This document shows positions 12,516-25,657 of a stretch of 64,000 nt of DNA, in pieces (position 1 is the stretch's first letter; each line of letters starts with the position of its first letter). This DNA comes from Octopus bimaculoides. Taxonomy: Eukaryota. Both the position numbers and the translations under genes were made by a program. The stretch is taken from the NCBI RefSeq assembly GCF_001194135.2, contig NC_068989.1, positions 8,918,644 to 8,982,643 of the forward strand, in the 5' to 3' direction. The notes under the pieces are model-generated. The model searched no databases. It was not told the DNA's origin and saw only the letters and a list, made by a program, of their open reading frames with translations.

Positions 12516-13600
12516 CAAATGTGTGTGCATGTGAATACATATCATTTTCAATGACGATCTATTTATATTTAGCACAAGCACACAAAGCTGTGAGGATGAC
12601 CATAAAAATGTCGACATATATTTTTAACACACTCCTGCACAATAGAACATGAGGTCCTGTCTCACAGATAAACTTATCTCTATAGACTTAGTGTATAAAA
12701 ACACAATGAGCCAAGCACTAGCTAAGAAACACCAGCAGACAACCAGACAATGGTTTGGCATAATTTCACCTCTTCAGCAATAAACACTGCCTTGGTGATT
12801 GAGAGCCTAGGAACTTCCATTGCAAAATATGGCAACCAGCAAACAGTACATTTACTGATATGTGTTGAGGCTTACCAAGGACATATCTTTATAGCAACTC
12901 TTGTTGCCTTGAATGTTTGTATTAAGTTAATGCCAACAGGGTAAAAGTTCCAGCTTAGTTAAAAATGCTCAAAATAGTGTCTACCACTGAAGAGACAAAA
13001 TTACACCAAAACACCAGATCTTGTAGTCTGTTGACATCACATGGAGTTTAGCTTGATGTGCTTTCTCACACTAATCTTATAGAGAAATTTTTCTTTTAGG
13101 TAAAATCCCACAGTAAATGGTGGTTACTGTTGTCGTAAATTATTAATGAGACAGTTTTTCAGTAGAGGACAGGAAAAAGATGTGCTAAAACTACAGTTAG
13201 TAGGGCTGTGCGAGCATGTAAAATCACATATGTCTGAATGTCTGACTGTGCCTATATATGTGTGTATGCTAGTGTAGAGAAGATTGTTTGGTTAACAAGT
13301 CTGTTTCTTAATCTCATGGCTTTAGGTCTGGTGTTGCATCAGGAGGAGCAGTTGCTACTGCTAAGACTACAACAGCTTCCTGCTATCTCTGCTACTGTTG
13401 CCATTATCTTACCACCTCATTCATATTACTAAAGGGGAGGACAAACCACTCCAACTACATCTACGGCTTCTACCATTTCCACCACCACCACCACCACTAT
13501 GACTGCAACTTCTACAGGTGAGAATGTTACAGCTGCAACTGCTAATAGCTATTCCCTAAAACAAACATAAGGAACAAAATACAACTGCAACAGCTTAAAG

Positions 13601-13642
<42 letters not shown>

Positions 13643-14360
13643 TACTAGTATTACTACTACAACCTACTACTGCTAGGATCCAGTAAGCATCAAAAGGTAA
13701 CAAGCTACCAACACCATGTGAATTTATAAGAAAAACACATTAACTTTCAGAACTGTATTATGAAAGATTGATTTAATTTAAATCTAATTTCAATTTATTT
13801 TCCTTTCTCTTACAGCATGACTAAATCATTAAAAACTGAAACTGGTAGCATAATTTGATAAAAATATGTTTATTCTTTTGTCCTTGCTGAGGCTCTCAAA
13901 GTATTTTCTTTTATTCTTTTAAAATAAATTTACTTGAATGAAATCTCTCAACCTTTTTTAATATATATATATATATCTGAATTTTGGCTTTGCCACGTAA
14001 AAAGAACATGCTGATTCCATGTAAAAAGCACTTATGCCAGGGTCACGTAAAAAGTACTCATGCCAGTGCCACTTAAGAAGCACTCATGCCAGTGCCACAT
14101 AGAAGGCTAACGTGCCAGTGACACGTAAAAAACACGCAGTACATACTGTAATGTGGTTGGTGATAGGAGGGGCATCCAGTCACAGAAACCATGCCAAATC
14201 AGGCTGGAACGTAGTCCAGCTCTGGTCAAACTGTCCAACCCATACCAGCATGAAAAACAGACATATGATGATGATCATGACTGTAATTACATTCAAAGAA
14301 TTTTGTAAGTGTAATAAATCTGAAATATTCGAATACAAAGCACCCAAGTAGAATACTCAC

Positions 14361-14483
14361 CCCAAACTGGTAGATCATCAATGTACATCTGGTACCAGTA
14401 ATGATTTTTAACAGCATAAACAAATGCTTGATATTTTTCTTCTGTTAATTCTACGGTACAATATTCTGTTTTCGTAACTTCAG
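14361..14483 (-). CDS. TM9SF3: TM9SF3 coding exon 3 ([42 protein letters not shown])
   Basis: [14 protein letters not shown] motif; CTGCAG acceptor, GTGAGT donor; 123 nt. Confidence 0.97.
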
Positions 14484-14614
14484 CTGCAGAAAGAAAATAA
14501 AATAACAATTAAAGCTAAATTCAAAATTATTCCAATACTTTTTAAACGCATAAATAAATCATAATGAAAATAATAACCAAATGTTATTAATTATAAGAAT
14601 ATTTTGCACAGTAA

Positions 14615-14818
14615 CCCATTAGTGCCGAAATTTTTTTATTTGATTACTAAAAATCTTTTTTTATACAACTGATACTAAAGATAAAAAAAATGTTATTACA
14701 ATATTTGAAAGACAATCCAGACTTGATGACTAAAGATATCTCAGAAAATTACAGGTGCTGCAAAAATATGATGGATTATCCTTCTGGTCCTAAAAAAAGG
14801 ACCATGGGCGCTAATGGG
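14615..14818. mobile_element. piggyBac-like MITE
   Basis: TIRs CCCATTAGTGCC / GGCGCTAATGGG (11/12); flanks GTAA (left) and TTAA (right). Confidence 0.6.
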
Positions 14819-14825
14819 TTAAATA

Positions 14826-15376
14826 CAGGGTTATTCAAAAAGAATGAACTGATTTCATTAGGCAATATTTTAATAAGGAAAAGCAATAGAAAACTCCAGC
14901 TGAGTCACAAGTATTTACTCACAATCAACTTTTAGTTCCTGTCTTACAAGTGTTCCATGTGGCCACCACCTGCAGCCATGGGCAACATCAACGTGACAAA
15001 AGAATTCCTCCCAGATGCCTATCTGCTTATCACGATCCACTGAGTTGATCACTGTTGTTATTTGATGTTTAAGATTTTTTCTTGTGGGGATATGTAAAAG
15101 ATCGTGTTTATGTTCTGCCGCTACCCACTAACCTCAATGACCTTAAATATCAAATAACAACAGCAGATCGTGATATGCAGATATGAGTCTGGGAGGAATT
15201 CTCTAATCACATTGGTGTTGCCAGTGTTGCAGGTGGTGGCCACATGGAACACTTGTAAGACAGGAAATAAAAGTTGAGTGTGAGTAAATACTTGTGACTT
15301 ACCTGGAGTTTTCTATTGCTTTTCCTTATTAAAATATTGCCTAATGAAATCAGTTCATTATTTTTGAATAACCCTG
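14826..15376 (+). mobile_element. Internally deleted Tc1/mariner-superfamily element with ~210-bp TIRs
   Basis: TA|CAGGGTTATTCAAAAA ... TTTTTGAATAACCCTG|TA; internal remnant DFFLWGYVKDRVYVLPLPTNLNDLKYQITTA...GGHMEHL* is a mariner-type transposase C-terminus. Confidence 0.85.
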
Positions 15377-16044
15377 TAAATACACACACACACACACACA
15401 GTGTAAACATAAAACATGGGCCAGTGAGGGTTAGGGTTAGGAACACCCTATTGGCTTAAAAAACATAATAACAAAGAACACAAACTTTTGTAATCCTAGC
15501 TGGACACAATGTAACCAAAGAAAAAAAAAAAAAGAAAAAAAACAAGACAGTCACATCTGGAACATTTCTGATCAAACATTTACTGGATTAGAGCAGACCT
15601 AAGGCTAAAGAACAAGAACTAGTATAAACACAGATTATCTATACACATTGAATATATATGGAGATGGGGATAAAGTAAAGGAAATGAATGCATAGGGAAT
15701 GAATAGGTCAAACATCTCAGTGAACATTTTCGAGATCAGTAGATACTTCTTTCATATAAGAAAAAAATCAATTACAAAATAAAATAAACGGCATTTTGCA
15801 ACTTAAAACTAAGCAAAAACGTTGCATGAATAAACAGAGCCTCAATTTAATACAAGATGAAAACTGTAGCAGGAAATACCAAGTTGACATAGAAACAACC
15901 AGCACAACTATTGAGAAAGGCCAGAATCAATTTCCACAACACCATAAATATATTTTGCTCCCAAAGTCAGATTAAACATGTCCATTGTAATTGATTTATA
16001 AATATATATAATGAATCAGCTTATATAATGTAATGACCTACATT

Positions 16045-17505
16045 TTAGTATTTACTTCTTTGTTTATAAGACGTCTCAGGTGTGTCACGCTTCAGGTTCC
16101 AGCAGAAATCAGCCAGCATGGCTGGGCTCCATTTCCCCTTATACCTGTTTTCCATTGATGCTATACCTTGATGGAACCTCTCTCTCTCTCTCTCTCTCTC
16201 CATGTCCATCACTTACATCTCCTGCATTCTCTGAGAAGGACAGACGAGAATAAAACGTATCTTCAGTGACATATTGCATCCGAGATCATGGTAGCACTTG
16301 ATTAGGCACTCCACTATACTCTCTCGCTGGGTCACTTGGTGCTTTCCCAAAAGTCCTTTGCATACATCTTTGAATGCATGCCAGGCCACTAGCTCAGTTT
16401 CATCCACAGTCGCTTCATCAGCTATAAGTCAATGAATCTGAGGGCCTACGGATAGGCCCACTTTAATCTCGGCACCGCTTATTTTCGGGAAGATCACCTT
16501 GAGGTACTGGAAACCTGGCTCGTTATGTTGCAGTAAATTGCTTCATTAGGCCTAGTTTTATATGCAGTGGTGGCAAAATGATTTTCTCCTTAACTAGTGG
16601 CTCATGATCTACATCATGGCATCCAAGCGTCATAGTTTCCTGACGTAGCCATTCTGAGTGCACATAAGGTTCTGATCTGGCCCCACTCGCCCATTTGCAA
16701 AGGAAACAGTAACTCTGTGTATCCAGTCTGTAGCCCATTAAGCAGGGCTACTACTTTCAAGCCCGCACAACTTAGCCACTCATGTCCCTTGTAACTTATG
16801 TGGTCTAGAATAAAAGCGAGGTTCTCATATGCCTCTCTTAAAATGAATGAGTGAGCAAAAAGAAATGAAGACATGGTGTTCCCAATGTGCAACAGAACAG
16901 CTTTTATGCTGTAAAGGGATGCATCTATGAATAACCTCCACTCATTTGGTTCATTAGTCAGCTCAAGGGCACTGAATCTCTGATATTACAATAAGTCAAG
17001 TTGTTTTCCAAAGTGAAGAATTGCTGTAGATCTGCAAAACGCTTCCTAAATACTGTAATTCAAGCATCTTTATCCAGTACGTCCCATTGCTGCAGACGTG
17101 AGACCAGGACTTCACTTTGTTGCTTAGTAAATGTTAAATCACGAACTAGATCAGGATGGGTGATAAGGGGCAGTTTCTTGTCAGATTTACCATGGATATG
17201 GACCCATATAACTATAAAAATATTGAGTGTACTTTTATAATTTTCATAGGTTAGGTTGACAAATACCTAAAGAATACCTCATTAAAATTATATCAAAATC
17301 CATTCATAACTTTTAGAGTTGTCAGTTTCGGCCCAATATTGTTTGCACTCAATTCCTACAGAACCATCATTGTATTTAATATAAGATGGTAATTTACAAG
17401 AAACTGGAGGGTCACTGAAAGAAACGGATGTTATATTCACGATCTACACACAAAATACCCTTAGAATACTCTCATTTCCATTTTTTTTTTCATTGTTATA
17501 CAGTG
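16045..17505 (-). mobile_element. Decayed DNA transposon with transposase fossil, Chapaev3-like (CMC superfamily)
   Basis: Frameshifted fragments DLVRDLTFTKQQSEVLVSRLQQW, EWRLFIDAS, LKVVALLNGLQTGYT, CFLCKW, LPPLHIKLGLMKQF, LGCNMSLKI, ERFHQGIASMENRYKGKWSPAMLADFCW, stop at 16045. One terminus CACTGTATAACAA with flanking TAA at 17506-17508. Family name from recall. Confidence 0.75.
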
Positions 17506-17539
17506 TAATCAATCAATTATATAATAACCACCACAAGAT

Positions 17540-17950
17540 CCAGTCCTTGCCATGATGTGGTGGCTTGTGTGCCTCAACAGTCTCTGAGAGCCATGAAAGA
17601 TATGCCAGTGGAAGTACAAGCTCTTTGTCTGGCATCCCATGCTGGACAGGTCAAAGGATAGAGGCCATAATAATACAAGGTACCCTTCCCAGATGGGTTT
17701 GCATTGTGCCAACACCCCTACCTAGAAAAAAAGCAAAGTTACAGAAGTCTCAATGACAATTCAAAACCAAGATATGGGACAGGAAGGCCTTCCTTCATGG
17801 AAACATGAATCCACAAAGGCCAGCAGAGTTGAAAATGTAGAAATCCAGCAGGGAAAAAAAAGACAGGAAAGATAACCCTGAGTTGAGAACAGTAGGAAAA
17901 GGTCATCAATGGCTTATGCTCCATAGGGAACAAAAGGTTTGAGCAAGTAA
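17540..17950 (+). mobile_element. Probable internally deleted RTE derivative (5'UTR-like part fused to 3' end)
   Basis: CCCATGCTGGACAGGTCAAAGGATAGAG resembles RTE 5'UTRs; TGGCTTATGCTCCATAGGG (GLCS..G) resembles RTE ORF ends. Recalled similarity only. Confidence 0.4.
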
Positions 17951-19068
17951 TAATTATATAAGGTCCCAGCAGATTTATAGAAAACGTCTCAAATACTCAA
18001 TGTTAAAAGTGGTATCCATAACAATGTCAAGTCTAATCAAAACAGTTTACCAAGAATTAGCAGGTTGGGGAATAAAAGCTCGTAAATATTTTATGCTATG
18101 AGTATGTTTACAGAAACGGAGAAAAAATACAAATCACGCACTGCTCTCATGTTACATCATTCAAATACTGCTGAATTCACATGTGTCAATAAAATGCAAG
18201 TAGTAAATAAACTATCGTTAACATGGTCCTTAAAGAAAAAAAGAGAAAGTGAGAAAAAGAAGCAAGACTGTCTTATGTATAAAGGAATTATACTTTATCT
18301 AGGAAGCTTACAAAGACTTGGATGAGCTGGTGCAGTTGTAAACTTAGTCAAAATTAAATTATTTTTATTTTTCGTACTTTACTTTTAAACAGGATATCAC
18401 CAGTGTACAATCACTAATTTTATTAACCAGTGTATAAACACTAATTTTGAATAGGTAGCATAAATTAACATTAAAAAAAAATAGATGTGAAAGAGATTTC
18501 AAACAATAGATTTTTTTTTCCCTTGTGTTTTTTTTTTGTTTTTAACCTTACATGTCTGAATTAGTTACAAAGATGAAACGCAACTGTATTCAAAACTTCT
18601 ATAACTACATTAGGTTATTTGACTTAATAAGATTTTACAATATAACCTTAATTACACATAAAATACATAAGTTGAGGTTTCAAATTAATTACTGATGTTT
18701 TGTTTTTTCCAATTATTATGAATATTAAAACCAGTCAAGATACTTTAATTACTTTATGGAAATGACAATCGCTTTAAACTCATTCTCTCTCTTTCTCTAC
18801 CTACGCCTCTTAACATCTGTTGCTTCTTCATTGCTCATATCGCCCAACCTCTCTCTCTCTGTACACTGCAACAGCAAGCATTCTCTTGCAGATACAAGGA
18901 GGGTAAATCCTCAGACACCATTCAAAGTTTTTACTCAAGTTACAAAAGTCACAAACCAATTTCTGCAATTATGGCAAACAATCAAAAGTTTGAAACGCAA
19001 CTTAATTTCATTTTGAATTTTAATAAAATATACACAACAGCATATGTTACTCTGTTCACTTAAATATA

Positions 19069-19446
19069 CTCTTTTGCTACTTGTTTCAGTCATTTGACTG
19101 CGGCCATGCTGGAGCACCGCCTTTAGTCGAGCAAATCGACCCCAGGACTTATTCTTTGTAAGCCTAGTACTTATTCTATCAGTCTCTTTTGCCGAACCGC
19201 TAAGTTACGGGAACGTAAATATACCACCATCAGTTGTCAAGCGATGTTGGGGGGACAAACACAGACACGACACATATATACATTTACGACAGGCTTCTTT
19301 CAGTTTCCGTCTACCAAATCCATTTACAAGGCTTTGGTCAGCCCGAGGCTATAGTAGAAGACACTTGCCCAAAGTGCCACGCAGTGGAAATGAACCCGGA
19401 ACCATGTGGTTTGTAAGCAAGCTACTTACCACATAGCCACTCCTGC
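19069..19446 (-). mobile_element. tRNA-derived SINE family B, full-length copy
   Basis: Head TGGCTATGTGGTAAGTAGC...GGTTCCGGGTTCA, central (TA/TG)n, tail GGCGGTGCTCCAGCATGGCC...AAACAAGTA. Other copies at ~19885-20422, 25830-26030, 26390-26770, 28010-28260, 33750-34170, 36170-36530, 48671-49070, 55160-55360, 57290-57700, 62885-63280. Confidence 0.85.
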
Positions 19447-21097
19447 ACCATCACTTTCAAGCTATATGATGCACCCTGTTACAATTACAGCATATGGGTG
19501 AATGATGTATAACCCAACACACTTCCTCTAAATAATTCCTCATCAAAAATCTAAGAGTAGTTTAGTTATTAAAAAACAAATTCAATTGTTACTTTTTAAC
19601 TTTGGTAGTAAGAAAAAACACATCAACGAATATAATTACAATGCCGTGCGTGACATTGACATTTTTCTCTTCAGTTATTAGAAACGAAAAAAAAAAAATG
19701 AAAAAAAAAAATCAAGATGACTACAACATGTTGACTTTCTTCTAAGGTTACAAATGGTATTCACAGCCTCTACACAAATTTCTTTGTCAAATGTATTGCT
19801 TATTTTTTCACATTGCTTTGAATTCATACACCTTGTTTCGAATTAATCTTGTAGCTTCAAGATTTTGAAGGCATTCTTTTATTCTTTTATTTGTTTCGGT
19901 CATTTGACTGCAGCCATGCTGGAGCACCGCCTTCAGTCGAGCAAATCAGCCCCTGGTCTTATTCTATTGGTCTCTTTCACCGAACCGCTAAGTTACGGGG
20001 ATGTAAACACACCAGCATCGGTTGTCAAGCGATGTTAGGGAGACAGACACAGACACACACACATATACACACACAGAAAAATAAAAGACGAAGGCAGGTG
20101 TATAAACAACAAGCAGTTGTATTAGTTTGACACTCGGGAAGGTGAGAAAGTGTTTTACATTTCGAACCTATGCTCTTCAACAGAAAGGAACACGAGGAAA
20201 TAAACAGAGAGAGAATAAAAAAAACTTGTGGAGTTAGCGGTCAATCACAGCGACTCATATATATGACAGGCTTCTTTCAGTTTCCATCTACCAAATCCAC
20301 TCACAAGACTTTGGTCAGCCCAAAGCTATAGTAGAAGACACCTGCCCAAGGTACCACGCAGTGGAACTGAACCCGGAACCATGTGGTTGGTAAGCAAGCT
20401 ACTTACCACACAGCCACTCCTATTTTCAGAACGACATTGTAGAGTAGGTGTGAGAGGTCAAATCTGGTCAGATTTAACATAAAACAGGTAAAATATTCGG
20501 GTCAGATAAGGCCAGATTAAATGCTAAGGGGTTAAGTCAGTGTGGTTGTACCTGAAGTAACAGAGCTTCAGCAGTAATAATTCTGTTTATGCCAAATTCA
20601 AATCTCATTAATCACAACTGCTTTTCCTTGTATCAATGAAAAAAAAAAATCACTAGTGTTACAGGTATGAGATATATTGTCCCAGATGTTTCGGTGTCAT
20701 TGATCTGATACTGACTTATTCGATATCAGTTGTATAACTGTGTCTCTCATTCCCCCACTGCACGCCAACCCTATTGTTTGTGTAGGAGCATATTTCTAGA
20801 GAAAGATTTTACATCAATAGTGTTCAATTAGCAAATTGTAATCTCTCTCTCTCACACACATAGTCTATATGTGCATATTTATGTGTACATGTGTGTGCAC
20901 AAAACATACTGGCACCAAAAACCGGTTGAATCTCCAGTCAGCCGTGCCGAAACATCAACACCCAAACATTTGTACCCAATCTTCTCATTCTGTGGTATTC
21001 GTTATTGGCTGCATTTTAGCATATGTCCAATAATTTATTTGGTTTCTTTTTGACCACTTCTTTCCCTCTGATGACTAACGAGGCCAATTCTGTGGTA

Positions 21098-21474
21098 TTG
21101 TTGTTGGCACTCCGTCGCTTATGACGTCGAGGGTTCCAATTGATCCAATCAACGGAACAGCCTGCTCGTGAAATTAACGTGCAAGTGGCTGAGCACTCCA
21201 CAGACACGTGTACCCTTAACGTAGTTCTCGGGGATATTCAGCGTGACAAGGCTGACCCTTTGAATTACATGTACAACAGAAACAGGAAGTAAGAGTGAGA
21301 GAAAGTTGTGGTGAAAGAGTACAGCAGGGTTCGCCACCATCCCCTGCCAGAGCCTCGTGGAGCTTTAGGTGTTTTTCGCTCAATAAACACTCACAAAGCC
21401 CAGTCTGGGAATCGAAACCGCGATCCTATGACCGCGAGTCCGCTGCCCTAACCACTGGGCCATTGCGCCTCCAC
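21098..21474 (-). mobile_element. tRNA-derived SINE family C
   Basis: Head GTGGAGGCGCAATGGCCCAGTGGTTAGGGCAGCGGACTCGCGG...GGTTTCGATTCCC. Related copies at 28262-28565 (+) and 60770-61074 (-) share head and body but have different tails. Confidence 0.8.
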
Positions 21475-24279
21475 TCTGTGGTATTACACTGGAGATAATA
21501 CAATTGACTGCAGGTGAGTTTGGCCTGAACAAGGAATGCTTATTACTTACTATAGACAGATACTGTAACTTGACAGTCCATGGCAGGTTTATTCATTTTT
21601 GCCAGCTGAGTGGAACAAAGTGTTTTACTCAAGAACACAATGCATCTCCCAGTTCAGGAATCGAGACCACAATCTTATGATCACAAGCCCAACACTCTAA
21701 CCACTGAGCCACGTGCCTCCACATGGATTTTAAGGGGAATATTAATACGTGTGTTTGTTTCTTCAGGTAAAAGATGCCATAAAATTACTCTGGAAGATGG
21801 GAACAATAAGCACCAGCCGGAATAAATAGCATAGGAGCTTTTATGGACATACTCAAAAACATTATTTACATTTGACGGATATTTGTCCTCATCTGCTTTG
21901 GTATGGTTTCTATAACTGGATGACCTTCCTATTGCCAAACTCTTTATAGAATCTACTGTGTTTTTTACATAGCAAAGGCTATAAACTTCAGTGAGAAAAC
22001 TAAAACAGTTATTTTTCAAGTGAAGTCCTTTGCCATATATGTTTTGCACCAAGTTATAAAACACTAGGTTGTCGGTGTTGCTGTCAGAAATGCAGTGAGC
22101 CAGTTGGAAACTTGCAAGTGATAATGTTTAGTGGTCACCAACTGACATAAAAAGAAAAAAATAGGTTATTTCAATTTTCCTTGGCTTCTTGCATCATCTG
22201 AAATTAATCAACTGTAAATTGATATCATTTCAGTTTATGAAGGTCAGTGAAATATTACTCAACAATTTGAGACATCTTTTACCAAAGTCTATCTTCTATT
22301 CAGTTACATTCTAATGCCCTGCCCCACAAAAGTTGCCGACACTCTATAAGCCTTGAGTGAAGGCCACAGCAGAGCGCTGTTCTCACATCTAGGACAATGC
22401 TTAATCACTAAGTTAACAAATCCCTTAAGATTATCAAGTATGTCAAGGCACTAGATTAGTGAACAAAAAAAGCCCTAAGTTCAATCACAATATTGTATTT
22501 ATATGGTTAATCCATATGACCCCGTAAGGAGCACAGGGCTGGTTTCCCGGTGTCTCTGGTGTATGAAGTATTGAAATCTTTTGTTTCAACAATTCAATTC
22601 AGCAATTATTATTACTTGCTTCAACAGAGAGAATATTCCAGAGGGCTGAGGTTCTAAGGAGAAAAGACAGAGAATGGGGATTAGTGTGACATTTTTCTGT
22701 AACCATCATAATAACCTCTGTTCACCAGAGTTAGCTGGTCCCCTCTCAATCTTTTCTATCATCTCTTTTCACCTCTCATTATCCAACTACACCCAACTAT
22801 GTACAAGCCACCATATCCAGTCTTTTTCCTTCAGAACGCCATAAATCTGGAATGTTCTTCTCCATCACTACTGTCTATCATGCAGGAGTTAAGCTACAGC
22901 AACATCTAATGGCATCGAGGTCCTTGGTCTTGGAGAGTATGCAAAAGTTATTGACGCTACTCCTTCCAGAAGATTCAGCAAGTAAAAAACAGAATTTATT
23001 ACTTCCACAACCTCCTACTATGTATTAGTGACCTTCAACAATATATTCTTGCTTGCCAGGATCAAGTTAGAGTGACCTCACCATTAACAAACAATTATGC
23101 TAATGATGCTTTTGCAGTGACATTCTTCTTTGCTGTCTTTCACTGGGACTAAATGATATTACAAATTCAGATAATTATATAATTATCTAATAATTGCTAA
23201 AACAAATAATTTTAATACCAGCTAAAGATATCACACAACGAGAGAATGATTTTTGTTTTTATTTTGTATTTTTGTTTTTGATTTTTTTTTTTGGGGGGGG
23301 GGGTATTTTCTTTAGATGAGAGGGTACTAGTATTTTAACTCTTGATCCATTGTCAAAGGAATTAATGACAGTAAAGCTCTTAAAAAGTCAACGAGCAAGC
23401 AGAATCATTATCATGTCAGACAAAACGCTTAGCAGCATTTCATCTGGCTTTTTATATACTGAGTTCAAATCCCAGAGATCAACTTTGCCTTTCATATCTT
23501 CAGGGTTGATAAAATAAAACACCAGTCAAGTTCTGGGATCGATATAATCTCCTTGTTCCTTCCCATCAAAACCATTGGCCTTGAATCCTTTTATCCTGAC
23601 ACCAGGTAACCAGCCTTATGAGTGTTAGAGCTTAATAAAAAAAGTTTTTTAAGTTTTAGGCAAATTTCTTTTAAAGTTTTAAGCAAATCTGCAGAGTTGA
23701 GCAGAATAACTGCAGTAGCCCAAGACAAAACATGTCCATGCTGACACTTCCAATCAGTTAAGATCAGAAACCATGAGAACCACTGCCTCATTATCATTGT
23801 AATCAAGATGGTGAGCTGGCAAAACTGTTAACAAGCCAGACAATATTCCTTTTGAATAGTTCAAATCACAAGGGACCAATATTCTGGGAAGAAAAAGTTG
23901 GGCATACTGGTTCACGTGAGATCTGGGCACAATATGGATGGTGAGAGGAAGTGGGACCAAGTTAGCCAGGGGTGTCTGAGAGGAGGTTGCATGAAACCAG
24001 GTAGCTTTGAGGGGCTGAAATGTAATGGTGGTTGGAAAAACGGGCAGAGAAGAGATGTGAGACGTTTTGGCACAGCCATTTTGGCACTGCCCATTTGGCA
24101 TCACTGATTTGACATCAGATGTTTCTTTCATTGATTCCTACCCTCCTCTCTCTCTCTCTCCGTACATGTATATTTCTGTGCTCACACACACGTGTGTGTG
24201 TGTGCATGCACGTGCACATGTGTGCATGTGGATCAAAAGTTGGAGTGTGGTGTTGTTGAGCAATTCATGCCAATCAATT

Positions 24280-24600
24280 AGATGGCCATTTTTGGATGCA
24301 TTAGGATGTCCATATGTTACAACAGCCCCACCCCAGATGCAGGAGCAATACTCAATTGTGGATTTCGTTTGAGCTTCATAGGGGATTAATAATTTTCAGA
24401 TTTGAAGGCCCTCTGGTTGTAAAGAGAGTTATACCTTGAGAGATCTAATAGCATACTTTCTCTCTGTTTGAAGTGGGGTATATAATACCATTTCCTTGAT
24501 AGGTATAGTGATTGAATCTCTGTGGAGTAGGAGGAGATAAGGTTGGCATGACTTCACAGGCAGATATTTCCAAAGTCACCGATTCTTGGAGTCAGAGCAG
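24280..24600 (-). mobile_element. Highly decayed CR1/Jockey-like LINE RT C-terminal remnant
   Basis: Minus-strand reading YEAQTKSTIEYCSCIWGGA resembles LYKAQVRPxxEYCSxIWGGA. Confidence 0.45.
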
Positions 24601-24693
24601 GACTGCCATGAAAGTACTATTACATTCAACGAAGTCAGAAAATATCAGGAAATAATGCTGAAATAAAATATTTAAGAAGACATATTTGTTTAC

Positions 24694-24889
24694 CTTTAAA
24701 ATCTATGTCAAGACCACTAAACTGCAATTCAACACCAAGTAAGGCTTCACCCAGTGTTTCATGGTAATGACTAATGCTTTCTTTTGGGCCACCACAGAAG
24801 GGCAATGAGAAATACTCATAGGTTTCCTGCCGATTGTGGTATGGCCCTACTGTGTTCATCCATACGACCACTTCATCTGTATTGTCATA
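24694..24889 (-). CDS. TM9SF3: TM9SF3 coding exon 2 ([32 protein letters not shown]...GLDIDFK)
   Basis: Closely matches the TM9SF3 [15 protein letters not shown] motif; (T)nCAG acceptor, GTAAAC donor; 196 nt. Confidence 0.97.
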
Positions 24890-25403
24890 CTGAAAAAAAA
24901 ACAAACAGAATTAGTATTCTTAATAAAAGGATGAACATATTAAGTTTCAGAGGTGAGCAAGTTCCACTCAAGTGCTATAAATGCATAACTCAAGCTGTAA
25001 TTTTAACGTGTCAAACCAACATCTTGCTTGTTTCTTGTCTTGGATTGGTTTACAATTTTTAAAATTTATTGGTAATGTACTTGTCAAGCAAGTAACTTGA
25101 TTTAAGACTATGAGTTGAAACTTAAGTAACTACATCATAGAAAGGCCATTTTTTAAATGCTGAATATGTGATGTGCATGTATTACAGACAAATCTATAAA
25201 TTTCCCTTTTTTGGCACCTCATGAAATATATTTAAATTTTCAGAGAACTTAAAAGCTTTGAGTGTTATCAAATGCATCTTCTCCAATGTGGTTGCTGTTC
25301 TTTTTTTAACTTCTCCAACATGGGAAAACATTAACAGAAAGACCCCCACCACCCCCACCACAAAATCAGATATTCAACATTAAAAAGGGTTATCTCAGTT
25401 TAA

Positions 25404-25657
25404 CCCTTTTGATACCCAGCCATCTGAAGCCACCCTGGGTTCTATGGTACAAACTTCCTTTAGCATTTAAACTGGCCCAAATATTCTACTTTTTTACACT
25501 TAAATCAATTAGATCCCATCTTTCACACCTACCCTACAATGTCATTCAAAAAATATACAATCATACCAAAATCTTGAAGCTACAAGATAAATACATGATT
25601 AATCCAAAGCAATGTGGATAAATAAACATCACATTTAACAATCTGAATGCTAAAGGA
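25404..25657. mobile_element. TTAA-flanked piggyBac-like MITE (family H)
   Basis: TTAA|CCCTTT ... AATGCTAAAGGA|TTAA. Related pieces at ~20440-20535, 34760-34985 (24-bp end duplicated), 38790-38990, 39720-39920. Confidence 0.65.

Noticed and set aside
13340-13680. Thr-rich mucin-like reading
   Set aside because: Decayed (ACT/ACC)n simple repeats with stops, lying antisense within a TM9SF3 intron.
21400-21474. tRNA genes at SINE heads (also 52090-52158, 61000-61074)
   Set aside because: Acceptor stems are not complete and each head continues into a SINE body.
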